Assembly (NCBI GenBank): GCA_963422735.1
Contig: OY730476.1
Span: forward strand, 4,096,001-4,160,000
From: Candidatus Latescibacterota bacterium
GTDB lineage: Bacteria; Latescibacterota; UBA2968; UBA8231
DNA length: 64,000 nucleotides
Direction: 5' to 3'
Both the position numbers and the translations under genes were made by a program. Positions 29,609-40,012 of the stretch are shown one piece after another. How positions within the stretch are numbered: the first letter of the stretch is position 1; each line of letters starts with the position of its first letter. The notes under the pieces are model-generated. The model saw only the letters and a list, made by a program, of their open reading frames with translations. It was not told where the DNA came from and did not search any database.

Positions 29609-29962
29609 CTATTCCACGTGCTCATTAATCCGCTTGGTCAGATCAAACATACTCACTTGCTTCGCACCGCCGAAGATGGCTTGGAGCTTGTCGTCGGCAT
29701 TGATCATGCGCCTGTTTTGCTCGTCTTGCAGGCTATTCTTCTTGATGTACGCCCAGATTTTCTTGGTGATCTGAGTGCGCGGCAAGGGCTTGTTGCCGAC
29801 TATGGCCCCTAGGGCGGCGTCGGGCTGCAAGGGCCTCATAAAGGCGGGATTGGGCTTGCGCTTCGCCTTTTTCTTGGCAGCAGGTTTCTTCTTAGCAATC
29901 GCCTTCTTGGAAGCGGCCTTCTTAGCAGCAGGTTTCTTCTTAACAGTCGCCTTCTTGGCCAT
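29609..29962 (-). CDS. SWIB/MDM2-domain protein with a Lys/Ala-rich histone H1-like N-terminus
   Basis: KKPAAKK repeats, then PNPAFM...PRTQITKKIWAYIKKNSLQD..NRRMINADDKL; aaggag RBS. Confidence 0.92.
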   Translation of the reverse strand: MAKKATVKKKPAAKKAASKKAIAKKKPAAKKKAKRKPNPAFMRPLQPDAALGAIVGNKPLPRTQITKKIWAYIKKNSLQDEQNRRMINADDKLQAIFGGAKQVSMFDLTKRINEHVE

Positions 29963-30246
29963 GCGAAGTTCTCCTTTGGCTGATAGGGGTAAAACCCGCA
30001 AGAGATGTTTGGGAATTCGGCTTCTCGGCCTCTTCCGCCTTTAAAGTAAAGTTTAAGGCCGATTCTATCCGCTTTGTGAAGCTACAACATTAGCTTTCAA
30101 TATAGTACGAGGGTAGTATAAGTCAAGTAAAAATGTAGTCTTTTCATAGGAGAAAATGCTCTTACTAGATACGTTTGACACAATTTGCTAAAACGGCCAT
30201 TTTAATTTTGCACTTGGACTTTGTCGTATTTCGTTAGGTCTAAAAA

Positions 30247-31056
30247 TTGATGATCGAAAAGAGCAAATTGGGGTTTCTGGGCACCGGCAACATGGGACGG
30301 GCGCTGATCGAGGGTTTGGTTGGCCACTTTCCTTCGGGTCAGATAACCGCAGCCGACATCAGGCCGGAGGCTCTTGAGGGCTTGTCGGAGTTGGGCGTCC
30401 ACACCAGCACCGACTCTGCAGATGCCGTCCGCGGTCAGGACTTGGTAGTTTTGGTGCTCAAGCCGCAAGTAGCCTCTCCAGTATTAAAGGTGCTAGCCGC
30501 GCACTTCAGTACCCAGCAGCTCGTCGTTTCACTCATGGCCGGCGTATCGACCGCCCGGCTCGAGAAGTTGCTGCCCGCGCAAATGCCCGTAGTGCGCGTC
30601 ATGCCGCAGACGCTAGTGAGGGTTCGGGGTGCGGCTTGCGCTCTCTGCGCTGGTCGCGCTGCCAGCGCGGAGCAGATGGCGCAAGTGCGGTCTCTCTTCG
30701 ACTTGGTCGGTACAACAGTCGAGGTCGCCGAAAGTCTCATGGACGCCGTTACGGGGCTTTCCGGTAGCGGCCCGGCTTGGGCTTACACTGTCGTCGAGGC
30801 CCTCGCCGCCGGCGGCGTGTGCGCCGGCCTGCCGCGTGAAATCGCATTAACACTCGCCGCGCAAACCCTGCTCGGTGCCGCGCGCCTCGTGCTCGAAAGC
30901 GGCGAGCATCCGGCCGTGCTCAGAGACCAAGTTACTTCGCCGGGCGGGACTACGGCCGCGGGGCTGCATAAGCTAGAAGAAAAGGGCCTGCGCGACGCCC
31001 TGATCAGTGCTGTGCTAGCCGCAGCCGAGCGCTCCGCCGAGTTGGGGCAATCGTGA
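30247..31056 (+). CDS. proC: Pyrroline-5-carboxylate reductase
   Basis: GTGNMG, VRVMP, LSGSGPA, VTSPGGTT. Confidence 0.95.
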   Translation: MMIEKSKLGFLGTGNMGRALIEGLVGHFPSGQITAADIRPEALEGLSELGVHTSTDSADAVRGQDLVVLVLKPQVASPVLKVLAAHFSTQQLVVSLMAGVSTARLEKLLPAQMPVVRVMPQTLVRVRGAACALCAGRAASAEQMAQVRSLFDLVGTTVEVAESLMDAVTGLSGSGPAWAYTVVEALAAGGVCAGLPREIALTLAAQTLLGAARLVLESGEHPAVLRDQVTSPGGTTAAGLHKLEEKGLRDALISAVLAAAERSAELGQS

Positions 31057-31655
31057 TCGCGGTCATCGACTACGGCATGGGCAATTTGCGCAGCGTGCAG
31101 AAAGCCTTCGAGTTCCTCGGCTATGCGGCCGAAGTCGTCGAGAATCCCGAGCGCCTACGCGCGGCCACGCATCTCGTATTGCCTGGGGATGCGGCCTTTG
31201 GCGACGCCATGCACAACTTGCAGGTCGCCGGTTGGGATTCGGCCATCGCCGAGGGCCTCGCGGCCAACAAGCCCTTCTTGGGCATCTGCGTAGGGCTACA
31301 GCTCATGTTCGGGGAAAGTGAGGAAATGGGGAGGCATCGCGGCCTCGGAATCCTGCCGGGGAAATGCGTGCGCTTCCCCCCTGACGAGCGGGTGCCGCAC
31401 ATCGGCTGGAACCAAATCGCCATCAAGCGCGAGGTCTCGCTCTTAGAGGGCATACCTGAAGGGGTTTTTTTCTACTTCGTACATTCTTACTACGTAGTAA
31501 ACGAAAACAAAGACGATTGCGTCGCCACGACCGACTATGGGATTGACTACACCTCAGTCGCTGGGAGCGGCCGAGTCTTTGGCGTACAATTTCATCCAGA
31601 AAAGAGCCAAGTCCACGGCTTGCGCCTCCTCGACAACTTCGCGCGCCTGCGCTGA
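31053..31655 (+). CDS. hisH: Imidazole glycerol phosphate synthase glutaminase subunit
   Basis: IDYGMGNLRSV, GICVGLQ, PHIGWN, YFVHSY, QFHPEKS. Confidence 0.96.
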   Translation: MIAVIDYGMGNLRSVQKAFEFLGYAAEVVENPERLRAATHLVLPGDAAFGDAMHNLQVAGWDSAIAEGLAANKPFLGICVGLQLMFGESEEMGRHRGLGILPGKCVRFPPDERVPHIGWNQIAIKREVSLLEGIPEGVFFYFVHSYYVVNENKDDCVATTDYGIDYTSVAGSGRVFGVQFHPEKSQVHGLRLLDNFARLR

Positions 31656-31658
31656 GAT

Positions 31659-32432
31659 ATGCTTGCCAAGCGAATCATTCCCTGTCTAGATGTCAAAAAT
31701 GGCCGCAACGTGCGCGGGGTGCGCTTTTCGGCCGACCGCGACGCCGGCGACCCCGTTGAGCTAGCCGCGCGCTACGACGCCGAAGGCGCAGACGAGCTCG
31801 TCTTCTACGACATCACGGCTTCAGCCGATGGCCGCGCCATCGTCATGGATCTCGTGCGCCAAGTCTCCGAGCGGGTCTTCATTCCCCTAATGGTCGGTGG
31901 CGGTATTCGCACCTTCGCGGACGTGCGCCACATTCTCAAGACCGGTGCCGACAAGGTCTCGATCAACTCGGCCCATGTATATTCGCCGGAAATCATCAAC
32001 CAAAGCGCGGAGAGCTTCGGCTCACAGTGCATCGTCGCGGCTATTGACGCGCTTAGGCGGCCGACCGCACCCGGCGAGCCGCCGTCGTGGGAGCTATACA
32101 TCAACGGCGGGCGAGAGGCCACCGGCATCGACGCCCTAGAGTGGGTGGAGGCCCTCGTCGATCGCGGAGCGGGCGAGTTGGTACTCAACAGCATCGACGC
32201 CGACGGGACGCGCGCCGGGTACGACCTCGCACTAAACCAAGCAGTGGCGCGCCGCGTAGATGTGCCCATCGTCGCCTCGGGCGGTGCCGGCAACCTCGAC
32301 CACATTCACGAGGTGCTGACCGCGGGCGAGGCCAGCGCCGCGCTGGCGGCGTCCATCTTCCACTTCCAGCATTATTCAATTCCCGAAGTCAAGCACTTTC
32401 TGCGCGAGCGCGGGGTCATGGTGCGCCAGTGA
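31659..32432 (+). CDS. hisF: Imidazole glycerol phosphate synthase cyclase subunit
   Basis: LAKRIIPCLDV, GADELVFYDITAS, ASGGAG, LAASIFH. Confidence 0.96.
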   Translation: MLAKRIIPCLDVKNGRNVRGVRFSADRDAGDPVELAARYDAEGADELVFYDITASADGRAIVMDLVRQVSERVFIPLMVGGGIRTFADVRHILKTGADKVSINSAHVYSPEIINQSAESFGSQCIVAAIDALRRPTAPGEPPSWELYINGGREATGIDALEWVEALVDRGAGELVLNSIDADGTRAGYDLALNQAVARRVDVPIVASGGAGNLDHIHEVLTAGEASAALAASIFHFQHYSIPEVKHFLRERGVMVRQ

Positions 32433-33574
32433 CCGAGGCAAGCCAAGTGCCGCGACAGGCACTGATGAGCCAAGTGCAGCGGCTGGTAGTCAAGATCGGC
32501 AGCAGTGCCCTGACTACTCGGTGCCACAAGCTCGACGATGAAGTCGTCGCACAGCTCGTCGAAGATGTAGTCGAACTGCGCTCACAAGGCTTGGAGGTGG
32601 CAATCGTCACCTCGGGGGCGGTGGCCGTGGGCATGGGGCGGATGGAGTTGGACAAACGCCCGGACAACATCGCCCAACTACAAGCTCTCGCGGCCATCGG
32701 CCAAGTCCTGTTGATGGATATCTACAAGGCCAAGTTCCGCCACCGAGGTGTGCCCATCGGCCAAGTGCTCCTAACCGCCGAGGATATCCTCGGCGACCGC
32801 CATCGCTACGTAAATCTCGAAAACACCTTTCGCAACCTCTTCGCCTATGGGGCCGTGCCCCTAATCAACGAAAACGACAGCGTCGCCGTTGCCGAATTGC
32901 GGCGGAAACTCGGAGAAAACGACATGCTCGCCGCTTATGTGACGAACCTGATCCGGGCGGATATGTTGGTCATTTTCTCGGATGTCGAGGGCCTTTACCA
33001 CGCCTTTGGCCTGCGCGGCCCCGAAGGCAAGCTAGTGAGCCAAGTGAGCCAAGACAGCCTCGACCTAGAGGGGATGACTGGCCGTTCGCTCGACGGGCGC
33101 GGCCGCGGCGGCATGGCGACTAAGCTACGGGCCGCTCGGCTCTTGATGACCTGCGGCGAGATGGCGATCATCGCTCACGGGCGCAAACACCGGTTGCGCC
33201 ACATCCTCGCTGGCCGCGAGCAGGGGACGCTCTTTCTGCCGACTGGCCGCAAGCTCAACAGCCGACATCGTTGGATCGGCTTTGCCAGCCAGTGCCGCGG
33301 CAGTGCGGTGATCGACCGCGGCGCCCAACGCGCCATCGCCGAGCAAGACAAGAGTCTGCTCCCGGTGGGGGTCGTCTCCTGCGAGGGCGAGTTTGCCACC
33401 GGAGATGTGGTGCAGGTGATCGGCGAGCGCGGCGAGAAGCTGGGGCGGGGATTGTGCCGCTACTCGGCCTCTGAGCTGCGCCGCATATTAGGCATGACCT
33501 CGCCCGAAGTCGCAAGCGCCTTGGGTTGCCCCGCCCGCGAAGTCATCCACCGCGACGACCTCGTCTTATTTTAA
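32429..33574 (+). CDS. proB: Glutamate 5-kinase (with PUA domain)
   Basis: VVKIGSS, TSGAV, INENDSV, GRGGMATKL, SLLPVGV, IHRDDLV; GTG overlapping the hisF stop. Confidence 0.95.
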   Translation: MTEASQVPRQALMSQVQRLVVKIGSSALTTRCHKLDDEVVAQLVEDVVELRSQGLEVAIVTSGAVAVGMGRMELDKRPDNIAQLQALAAIGQVLLMDIYKAKFRHRGVPIGQVLLTAEDILGDRHRYVNLENTFRNLFAYGAVPLINENDSVAVAELRRKLGENDMLAAYVTNLIRADMLVIFSDVEGLYHAFGLRGPEGKLVSQVSQDSLDLEGMTGRSLDGRGRGGMATKLRAARLLMTCGEMAIIAHGRKHRLRHILAGREQGTLFLPTGRKLNSRHRWIGFASQCRGSAVIDRGAQRAIAEQDKSLLPVGVVSCEGEFATGDVVQVIGERGEKLGRGLCRYSASELRRILGMTSPEVASALGCPAREVIHRDDLVLF

Positions 33575-33582
33575 TTATTGAC

Positions 33583-33864
33583 GTGACTAAAGCGGCCAAA
33601 ATTTTGCTGATCGCCTTCCTTGCTCTGGTGGCTTACGTGGCCTTTGGCAATGGGCTGTTATGCAAGGTATGGCAGGAAGAGAAATCCCTAGCGGAGCGCG
33701 AAGCACAGGTGAGCCAACTACAGGCCGAAACCGACAGCTTGCGCCAAGTGCTAAAATTGCTCAAAGGCGACATAGATTTCCTCGAAAGGGTCGCACGCGA
33801 AGATCTCGGCTTGGTCAAACCGGGCGAGGTGGTTATTCCCCTGCCTGCGGAAGAGGGCGATTAA
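33583..33864 (+). CDS. ftsB: Septum formation initiator (FtsB/DivIC family)
   Basis: Single TM segment, coiled coil, LERVAREDLGLVKPGE. Confidence 0.85.
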   Translation: MTKAAKILLIAFLALVAYVAFGNGLLCKVWQEEKSLAEREAQVSQLQAETDSLRQVLKLLKGDIDFLERVAREDLGLVKPGEVVIPLPAEEGD

Positions 33865-33868
33865 CTCT

Positions 33869-34648
33869 ATGCCGCGCACTATCGTCAAAGCACACGCTAT
33901 CGTGCTGCGCACCATGCGCATGGGCGAGACTAGCAGCCTAGTGACGTTGTACGCTCAGGAGTACGGCAAACTCAAGGCCATGGCCCGGGGTGCCCGCAAG
34001 CCCAAGAGCCGGTTCGGCGCTGCGCTCGGTCTAATGACCGAAGTCCAAGCCATCTGCTACGTCAAAGAAACCCGCGATCTGCAAACCCTTAGCGAATGCA
34101 CTCTGCTCAAACCAGCACCCGACCTATCGCAAAGCCTAGAGCGACTTTCCTTTGGCAGTGCTGCCTGCGAGTTGGTTGACCGCCTGACGATCGAAGGCGA
34201 GAGCAACCCCCGGCTCTACCAGTGCCTATCCGGGGTGTTGCACGGGCTTGCCGAGGTAGAGCCAGAGCAAGTCGAATCGCTGTTCTGGTACTTTGAGCTA
34301 CGCGCCGCTGCGGCCCTCGGCTACCGCCCAGAGCTGCGCCAGTGTACTGCCTGCCAACGCGAGTTGGTCGGCCCCTCGTCGTGGTTCAGCGCGGCCCTAG
34401 GGGGCGGCCTATGCACTGCCTGTGGCCCTCGGAACGGAGTGCGTTTAGCCCAGCGCAGCTTGCGCTTTCTCACCGTCCTCCAGGGCCTTAGGACCTACAG
34501 CAAGGAGGCTCTCCCCCAAGCCCCTTCCCAGCGCGGCGAGATCCGCATGGCTTTGCGCGGCTTTCTAGAGTACCACGGGGGCGAGCACAGCCGGCTCAAA
34601 TCGCTCGACTTTCTCGATAGCCTCAACAAGGCCGTCTTACCCGCCTAA
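33869..34648 (+). CDS. recO: DNA repair protein RecO
   Basis: ARGARKPKSRFGAAL; zinc finger CTAC...CTAC. Confidence 0.93.
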   Translation: MPRTIVKAHAIVLRTMRMGETSSLVTLYAQEYGKLKAMARGARKPKSRFGAALGLMTEVQAICYVKETRDLQTLSECTLLKPAPDLSQSLERLSFGSAACELVDRLTIEGESNPRLYQCLSGVLHGLAEVEPEQVESLFWYFELRAAAALGYRPELRQCTACQRELVGPSSWFSAALGGGLCTACGPRNGVRLAQRSLRFLTVLQGLRTYSKEALPQAPSQRGEIRMALRGFLEYHGGEHSRLKSLDFLDSLNKAVLPA

Positions 34649-34664
34649 CTCATTGGAGATTTTC

Positions 34665-36038
34665 ATGTCCGACGACGCAATGGAAAAACTAGTATCCCTG
34701 TGCAAACGCAAAGGCTTCATCTTCCAAAGCTCGGAAATCTACGGTGGGCTCAACGGCTGCTGGGATTACGGCCCTTTGGGCGTCGAGCTGTTGCGCAACA
34801 TCAAAGAGGTCTGGTGGAAGGCCATGACCTACCGAGAGGACATAGAGGGCATCGATGCCAGCATCCTCATGAATCAGCGAGTGTGGGAGGCATCGGGCCA
34901 CGTCGATAGCTTTACCGACCCCATGGTCGAAGATCGCAAGACCAATGAGCGCTTTCGGCTCGACCAGATCCTCGAAGAAAATGGCATTGACGTAGCGGGC
35001 CTGAGTGCCGATGAGATGGGTGCGCTGCTGCGCGAGCGCGACATCAAGAGCAAGAAGGGCAACGAACTGAGCGACCCGCGGCAATTCAACCTGATGTTCA
35101 AGACCTTCGTCGGCCCGCTCGAAGACGACAGTGCGCGGGTCTTTCTCCGCCCGGAGACAGCGCAGGGCATCTTTGTCAACTACCTCAACGTGCAGGCGGC
35201 CACGCGCCAGAAGCTGCCCTTTGGCATTGCCCAGATCGGCAAGGCATTCCGCAACGAGATCAACACTAAAAACTTCCTCTTCCGCACTCGAGAATTCGAG
35301 CAGATGGAGATGCAATACTTCGTCGCGCCCGGCACCCAAGACGAGTGGTTCGACTATTGGCGCGAGGAGCGCTGGAAGTGGTTTGTGCAAATCGGCCTGC
35401 CCGAGGGCAAGTTGAGCTGGCACGCACACCAAGGCGACGAACTGGCCCACTATGCCCGCGCCGCCTTCGACATCCAGTACGAGTTTCCCTTTGGCCCGGG
35501 CGAGCTTGAGGGCATCCACAATCGCGGCGACTACGATTTGTCGCAGCACGAAGCGTTTTCGGGCAAACAGCTCAAATACTTCGACGAGGAGCAGCGCACA
35601 AAGTTCGTACCCTACGTAGTAGAAACCTCAATAGGGGCCAGCCGCACGCTAATGGCCTGCCTAGTCGAAGCATACCACGAGGAAGAGGTCCGGGGCGATA
35701 CCCGGGTAGTGATGCGCTTTCACCCGCGCATTGCGCCGATCAAAGCGGCGGTATTGCCCCTCGTCAAGCGCGACGGCATGCCCGCTATCGCCCGGCAAGT
35801 CGCCGAGGATCTCCGGCCGTACATGCGGGTTTTTTACGACGAGGGGGGCGCGATCGGCCGTCGCTACCGGCGCATGGACGAGGTGGGGACGCCGTTCTGC
35901 CTAACGGTCGATTCGGACACCCTAGAGGACCAGACCGTCACCGTGCGAGCTCGCGACACCATGGCCCAAGAGCGGGTGCCCATAGCCGAGTTGTGCGCCC
36001 ACCTTGAAAGCCGCATGGGCTCTTGGCAAATCCCTTGA
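34665..36038 (+). CDS. glyS: Glycine--tRNA ligase (alpha2, eukaryote/archaeal type)
   Basis: GFIFQSSEIYGG, LRPETAQGIF, FRTREFEQME, IGRRYRRMDEVGTP. Confidence 0.96.
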   Translation: MSDDAMEKLVSLCKRKGFIFQSSEIYGGLNGCWDYGPLGVELLRNIKEVWWKAMTYREDIEGIDASILMNQRVWEASGHVDSFTDPMVEDRKTNERFRLDQILEENGIDVAGLSADEMGALLRERDIKSKKGNELSDPRQFNLMFKTFVGPLEDDSARVFLRPETAQGIFVNYLNVQAATRQKLPFGIAQIGKAFRNEINTKNFLFRTREFEQMEMQYFVAPGTQDEWFDYWREERWKWFVQIGLPEGKLSWHAHQGDELAHYARAAFDIQYEFPFGPGELEGIHNRGDYDLSQHEAFSGKQLKYFDEEQRTKFVPYVVETSIGASRTLMACLVEAYHEEEVRGDTRVVMRFHPRIAPIKAAVLPLVKRDGMPAIARQVAEDLRPYMRVFYDEGGAIGRRYRRMDEVGTPFCLTVDSDTLEDQTVTVRARDTMAQERVPIAELCAHLESRMGSWQIP

Positions 36039-36130
36039 CCCGGTAGTATAAATCCTGATATTATCCTTCGCGCTTGGGATATAACTCTCCCTAGGCGCAA
36101 ACTGTCGCATTGCGATATGTATCCGGTATA

Positions 36131-36217
36131 GCGAAAGTGGCGGAACTGGTAGACGCGCTAGACTTAGGATCTAGTGCCCGAAAGGGCATGGGGGTTCGAG
36201 TCCCCCCTTTCGCACCA
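36131..36217 (+). tRNA. tRNA-Leu(TAG)
   Basis: gcgaaag acceptor stem; ctaga-cttagga-tctag anticodon arm; long variable arm; ggttcgag T-loop; encoded CCA; canonical position before tig. Confidence 0.97.
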
Positions 36218-36281
36218 TGACATAGACAAGTGCACTGTCCGCGATCCGGCGGTGCGCCTAGCCTTATAAGGGTTGCTTTTC

Positions 36282-37523
36282 GTGAAGACTCATGTCACAG
36301 AGAAGGGCCAATGGGCACGCGAGTTGGCCGTTGAAGTCGAGGCGGTGCGCCTCGACGACGCCTTCAGTAGGGCACTGCGCCGATACCAAAAGCGGCTGGA
36401 GATCCCAGGCTTCCGCAAGGGCAAAGTGCCGCTCAGAATAGTCGAGGCGCGCTTTGGTAGTTCCATCCGCGGCGAAGTCCTCGGTGATCTCCTCCCCTCG
36501 CTGCTAGAAGAGGCCGTACGCGAGGCGGGCCTGCGACCGGCTGCGCCGCCCAAAATTTCCCAACTCGACCATGAGCCGGGGGGAAGCCTAACGTTCACGG
36601 CGGATCTTGACATCTGGCCCGAAATCAAAGCTGAGCACTACGAAAAGCTCGCTGCCACCCGCATGGTTCACGAGGTGGCCGACGAGGAGGTTGGCGAGCA
36701 CCTAGAGGAGTTGCGCCGCCGCCACGCCACCGAGCGAGTCGTCGAGCGGCCATTGGCCAAGGGCGACGTGCTCGTTGCGGATTTGCAGCGACTCGACGAG
36801 AGCGGCCTGCCCGTCATTGGCGATAAGTATGAGAAGCGCCACATCCTCATCGGCGACGAGAATGCCCTCAGCCCCGAGTTTGAAGAGGCCCTCGTCGGCA
36901 TGGGCACCGGCGAAGAGCGCAAGGTCCGCTTCGCCTATCGAGAGGACCTGCCCAACCAACAGCTCACCGGCCAGACCGCGCATTTCGCAGTGGCAGCCCA
37001 CGAGGTGCGCGAGCGCACTTTGCCCGAGCTCGACGACGAGTTCGCCAAGGACCTTGGCGAGCATTTCCAGACCCTCGACGGCTTGCGCCAGCATCTCAGC
37101 GGGCAAATCCAAGAGCGCTGGGAATACATGGCCCAACAGCGCCTGCACAGCGAATTGATCAGCCAGCTCATCAAAAAAAACGACTTTGACCTGCCCGAGA
37201 GCATGGTCGATAACTATCTCCACTCGCTTGAGCGAGAGCAGGCCAATCACGACCACGACCACGACCACGACCACAGCGACGAAGAGCGCACCCAAGCCAC
37301 GCGCCAACTCAAGAGCCATCTGCTGCTCGAAAGCGTGCGCCAACAAGCCGGGGTCGAAGTGACGGACGCGGAGTTTGCCCAATTCGCCGCCGAGCGCGCC
37401 GCCCGCGCCGGCGTCCAACCCTCCGACTTGCAGAACGCGGAGGGATTGCGGCGGGAGTTGGAAGACCAAAAGGTCTTTGATTTGCTCGTCGCCAAAGCCG
37501 AAATCAAAGAGGAAAAGGTATAA
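36282..37523 (+). CDS. tig: Trigger factor
   Basis: IPGFRKGKVP, PEFEEALVG, LPELDDEFAKD; upstream of clpP-clpX. Confidence 0.95.
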   Translation: MKTHVTEKGQWARELAVEVEAVRLDDAFSRALRRYQKRLEIPGFRKGKVPLRIVEARFGSSIRGEVLGDLLPSLLEEAVREAGLRPAAPPKISQLDHEPGGSLTFTADLDIWPEIKAEHYEKLAATRMVHEVADEEVGEHLEELRRRHATERVVERPLAKGDVLVADLQRLDESGLPVIGDKYEKRHILIGDENALSPEFEEALVGMGTGEERKVRFAYREDLPNQQLTGQTAHFAVAAHEVRERTLPELDDEFAKDLGEHFQTLDGLRQHLSGQIQERWEYMAQQRLHSELISQLIKKNDFDLPESMVDNYLHSLEREQANHDHDHDHDHSDEERTQATRQLKSHLLLESVRQQAGVEVTDAEFAQFAAERAARAGVQPSDLQNAEGLRRELEDQKVFDLLVAKAEIKEEKV

Positions 37524-37526
37524 ATC

Positions 37527-38135
37527 ATGTCGCTGATTCCAATGGTCATCGAACAGACGGGCCGAGGAGAGCGCTCATACGACATCTACTCACGGCTGCT
37601 CAAGGAGCGCATCATCTTTGCGGGTACTCCGATCAACGACGCGATCGCCAATCTCATCATCGCCCAGATGCTCTTTCTCGCTTCTGAAGATCCCAAAAAG
37701 GACATTGCGCTCTATCTCAATACCCCCGGCGGGCTGATCTCGGCGGGCATGGCCATCTACGACACTATGCAATACGTGGCCTCCGACATAGCCACGATCT
37801 GCATCGGCCAAGCATCCAGCATGGGAGCCGTGCTATTGGCCGGGGGCACCAAGGGCAAGCGCCAGGCCCTGCCCAACGCCCGCGTCTTGCTGCACCAGCC
37901 CATAGGCGGGATCGGCGGCCAAGCGGCCGATGTGGAGATCCACGCCCGCGAGATCATCGCCATGCGCCAGCAGATCAACGAGGTGTTAGTCGAGTGTACC
38001 GGGCAGCTGATGGAACGCATTGAGCGCGACACCGAGCGCGACTTTTTTATGTCGGCCGAAGAAGCCGTCGAATACGGCATCATCGACGAGATCATCGCTC
38101 CATCTCGCGTCGAGGTAGCCCCTTCCTCAGTATAG
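37527..38135 (+). CDS. clpP: ATP-dependent Clp protease proteolytic subunit
   Basis: [33 protein letters not shown]. Confidence 0.97.
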   Translation: MSLIPMVIEQTGRGERSYDIYSRLLKERIIFAGTPINDAIANLIIAQMLFLASEDPKKDIALYLNTPGGLISAGMAIYDTMQYVASDIATICIGQASSMGAVLLAGGTKGKRQALPNARVLLHQPIGGIGGQAADVEIHAREIIAMRQQINEVLVECTGQLMERIERDTERDFFMSAEEAVEYGIIDEIIAPSRVEVAPSSV

Positions 38136-38144
38136 GAGCCTATT

Positions 38145-39392
38145 TTGCGTCGCCGGCCCCCCCAAAGCGATCCGCGCTGCTCGTTCTGCGGGCGCAACCA
38201 CAACCAAGTTGACAAGATCATAACCGGTCCCCAGGTCCACATCTGCAACGAGTGCGTCAAGCTGTGCAACGACGTATTGTCCGAGGAGCGGCAAAAGACC
38301 CTCCCTTGGGAGACCGCAGAGATGCCCAAGCCGACCCAAATCAAGGATTTTCTCGACGAATACGTGATCGCCCAAGAGCGGGCCAAGAAAATCCTCGCGG
38401 TCGCCGTGTACAACCACTACAAGCGCATTCGCACCAAAGTTGACTTAGACGAGGTGGAGCTCGAAAAAAGCAACGTAATGCTCATCGGCCCCACCGGCAC
38501 TGGCAAGACCGAGCTGGCCAAAACCCTCGCAAAATTTCTGCAAGTCCCCTTCTCCATTGCCGACGCCACCATTCTCACCGAGGCCGGCTATGTAGGCGAG
38601 GACGTGGAGAACATCCTCGTGGGCCTTTTGCAAGCGGCAGACTACGACGTGCCACGCGCCGAAAAGGGCATCCTCTATCTCGACGAGGTTGACAAGATCG
38701 CCCGCAAGAGTGCCACGCCTTCGGTCGGCCGCGACGTGTCAGGCGAGGGGGTGCAGCAAGCACTGCTCAAAATTTTGGAGGGCACCACCGCCAACATCCC
38801 GCCCAAGGGGGGCCGCAAGCATCCTGAGCAGCCGATGATCCAGATGGATACCCGCAATATCCTCTTCGTTTGCGGCGGGGCCTTCGAGGGGCTGGACAAG
38901 GTCATCAGCCAACGGGTCGGCAAGCGCACCATGGGCTTTGGGGCCGACGGCGACGAAAGCAGCCTAGACGCCCCGGACGTATTGCCGCTGGTGCAGCCCG
39001 AAGATCTGCTTGCCTACGGCATGATCCCCGAGTTTGTCGGCCGCGTACCGGTAATCACCACTATGGACGCGCTCGCCGAGGACGACTTGTTCCGCATCCT
39101 CACCGAGCCGCACGACGCCATCATCAAGCAGTTGCAGCGGCTCTTCGCCATGGACGGGGTCGAGGTTGAGTTTACAGAGGAAGCCCTGCGCAAGATAGTG
39201 GCCCTAACCGTTCACAAGGGCACCGGGGCCCGCGGTCTGCGCTCCGTCCTAGAGCAGGCCATGATGGACATCATGTTCGACATTCCCTCTCAGGAAGGCG
39301 TGACGCGCCTGCAAGTTACGGGCGAGATGATCGAAAGCGGGATCGCGCAGTACAGCAGCGAAGACGAAGAGATACGGCGCAAACGCGCCTGA
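38145..39392 (+). CDS. clpX: Clp protease ATP-binding subunit ClpX
   Basis: CSFCG/ICNEC zinc finger, [34 protein letters not shown]. Confidence 0.97.
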   Translation: MRRRPPQSDPRCSFCGRNHNQVDKIITGPQVHICNECVKLCNDVLSEERQKTLPWETAEMPKPTQIKDFLDEYVIAQERAKKILAVAVYNHYKRIRTKVDLDEVELEKSNVMLIGPTGTGKTELAKTLAKFLQVPFSIADATILTEAGYVGEDVENILVGLLQAADYDVPRAEKGILYLDEVDKIARKSATPSVGRDVSGEGVQQALLKILEGTTANIPPKGGRKHPEQPMIQMDTRNILFVCGGAFEGLDKVISQRVGKRTMGFGADGDESSLDAPDVLPLVQPEDLLAYGMIPEFVGRVPVITTMDALAEDDLFRILTEPHDAIIKQLQRLFAMDGVEVEFTEEALRKIVALTVHKGTGARGLRSVLEQAMMDIMFDIPSQEGVTRLQVTGEMIESGIAQYSSEDEEIRRKRA

Positions 39393-39408
39393 TCTTCAAG
39401 CCCCGGCG

Positions 39409-40002
39409 ATGCGCTTTTCCTCTGTCGAATTCAAAATTAGTGCCGTCCGCACGGCAGATCTGCCCAAGGACGGCTTGCCCGAAATCGCCTTAGTGGGCCG
39501 CTCTAACGTCGGCAAGTCTTCCCTGATCAACAGGTTGGTGCAGCGCAAAAAGCTGGCGCGCACCAGCACTGTACCCGGCAAGACCCAGCAGTTGAACTAC
39601 TATCTGGCCAACGAGCAGTTCTACTTGGTCGATCTGCCTGGCTACGGGTACGTGCATGGCGGCGTGGGCTTGCGCTTGCAGCTCGGCCGGCTCATTCGCC
39701 GCTACATGACCAACCGCGAGGCATTGTGCGCGGTGTTGCAGCTCGTCGATGCCCGGCGCGGCCCCACCGATTTAGATAGGCAGATGATCGACGAATTGCG
39801 CTCCCTCGATAAGCCCTTCCTGCTGGTCTTTACTAAGGCCGACAAACTGTCGCACAATAAGTTGCAACTCCTATTCGACCAACTCGATGCCCGAGGATCG
39901 CTCGCCGGCCTTTCCTTTGTGCCTTTCTCGGCGGCTGACGGCCGCGGGCAGGACGACATTACAGGGTGGATCGCCGAGGCACTAGTCGGCAACGCAATCT
40001 GA
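39409..40002 (+). CDS. engB: Ribosome biogenesis GTPase YihA/YsxC
   Basis: GRSNVGKSS, PGKT, DLPGYG, TKAD. Confidence 0.94.
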   Translation: MRFSSVEFKISAVRTADLPKDGLPEIALVGRSNVGKSSLINRLVQRKKLARTSTVPGKTQQLNYYLANEQFYLVDLPGYGYVHGGVGLRLQLGRLIRRYMTNREALCAVLQLVDARRGPTDLDRQMIDELRSLDKPFLLVFTKADKLSHNKLQLLFDQLDARGSLAGLSFVPFSAADGRGQDDITGWIAEALVGNAI

Positions 40003-40012
40003 AGAGGACCAT

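Noticed and set aside
32087-32428. Long N-terminal extension of proB
   Set aside because: Overlaps hisF in another frame; the GTG at 32429 gives a normal-length ProB.
36131-36280. tRNA-Leu as an island integration site
   Set aside because: It is followed directly by tig; no integrase or duplicated tRNA 3' end was seen in the window.
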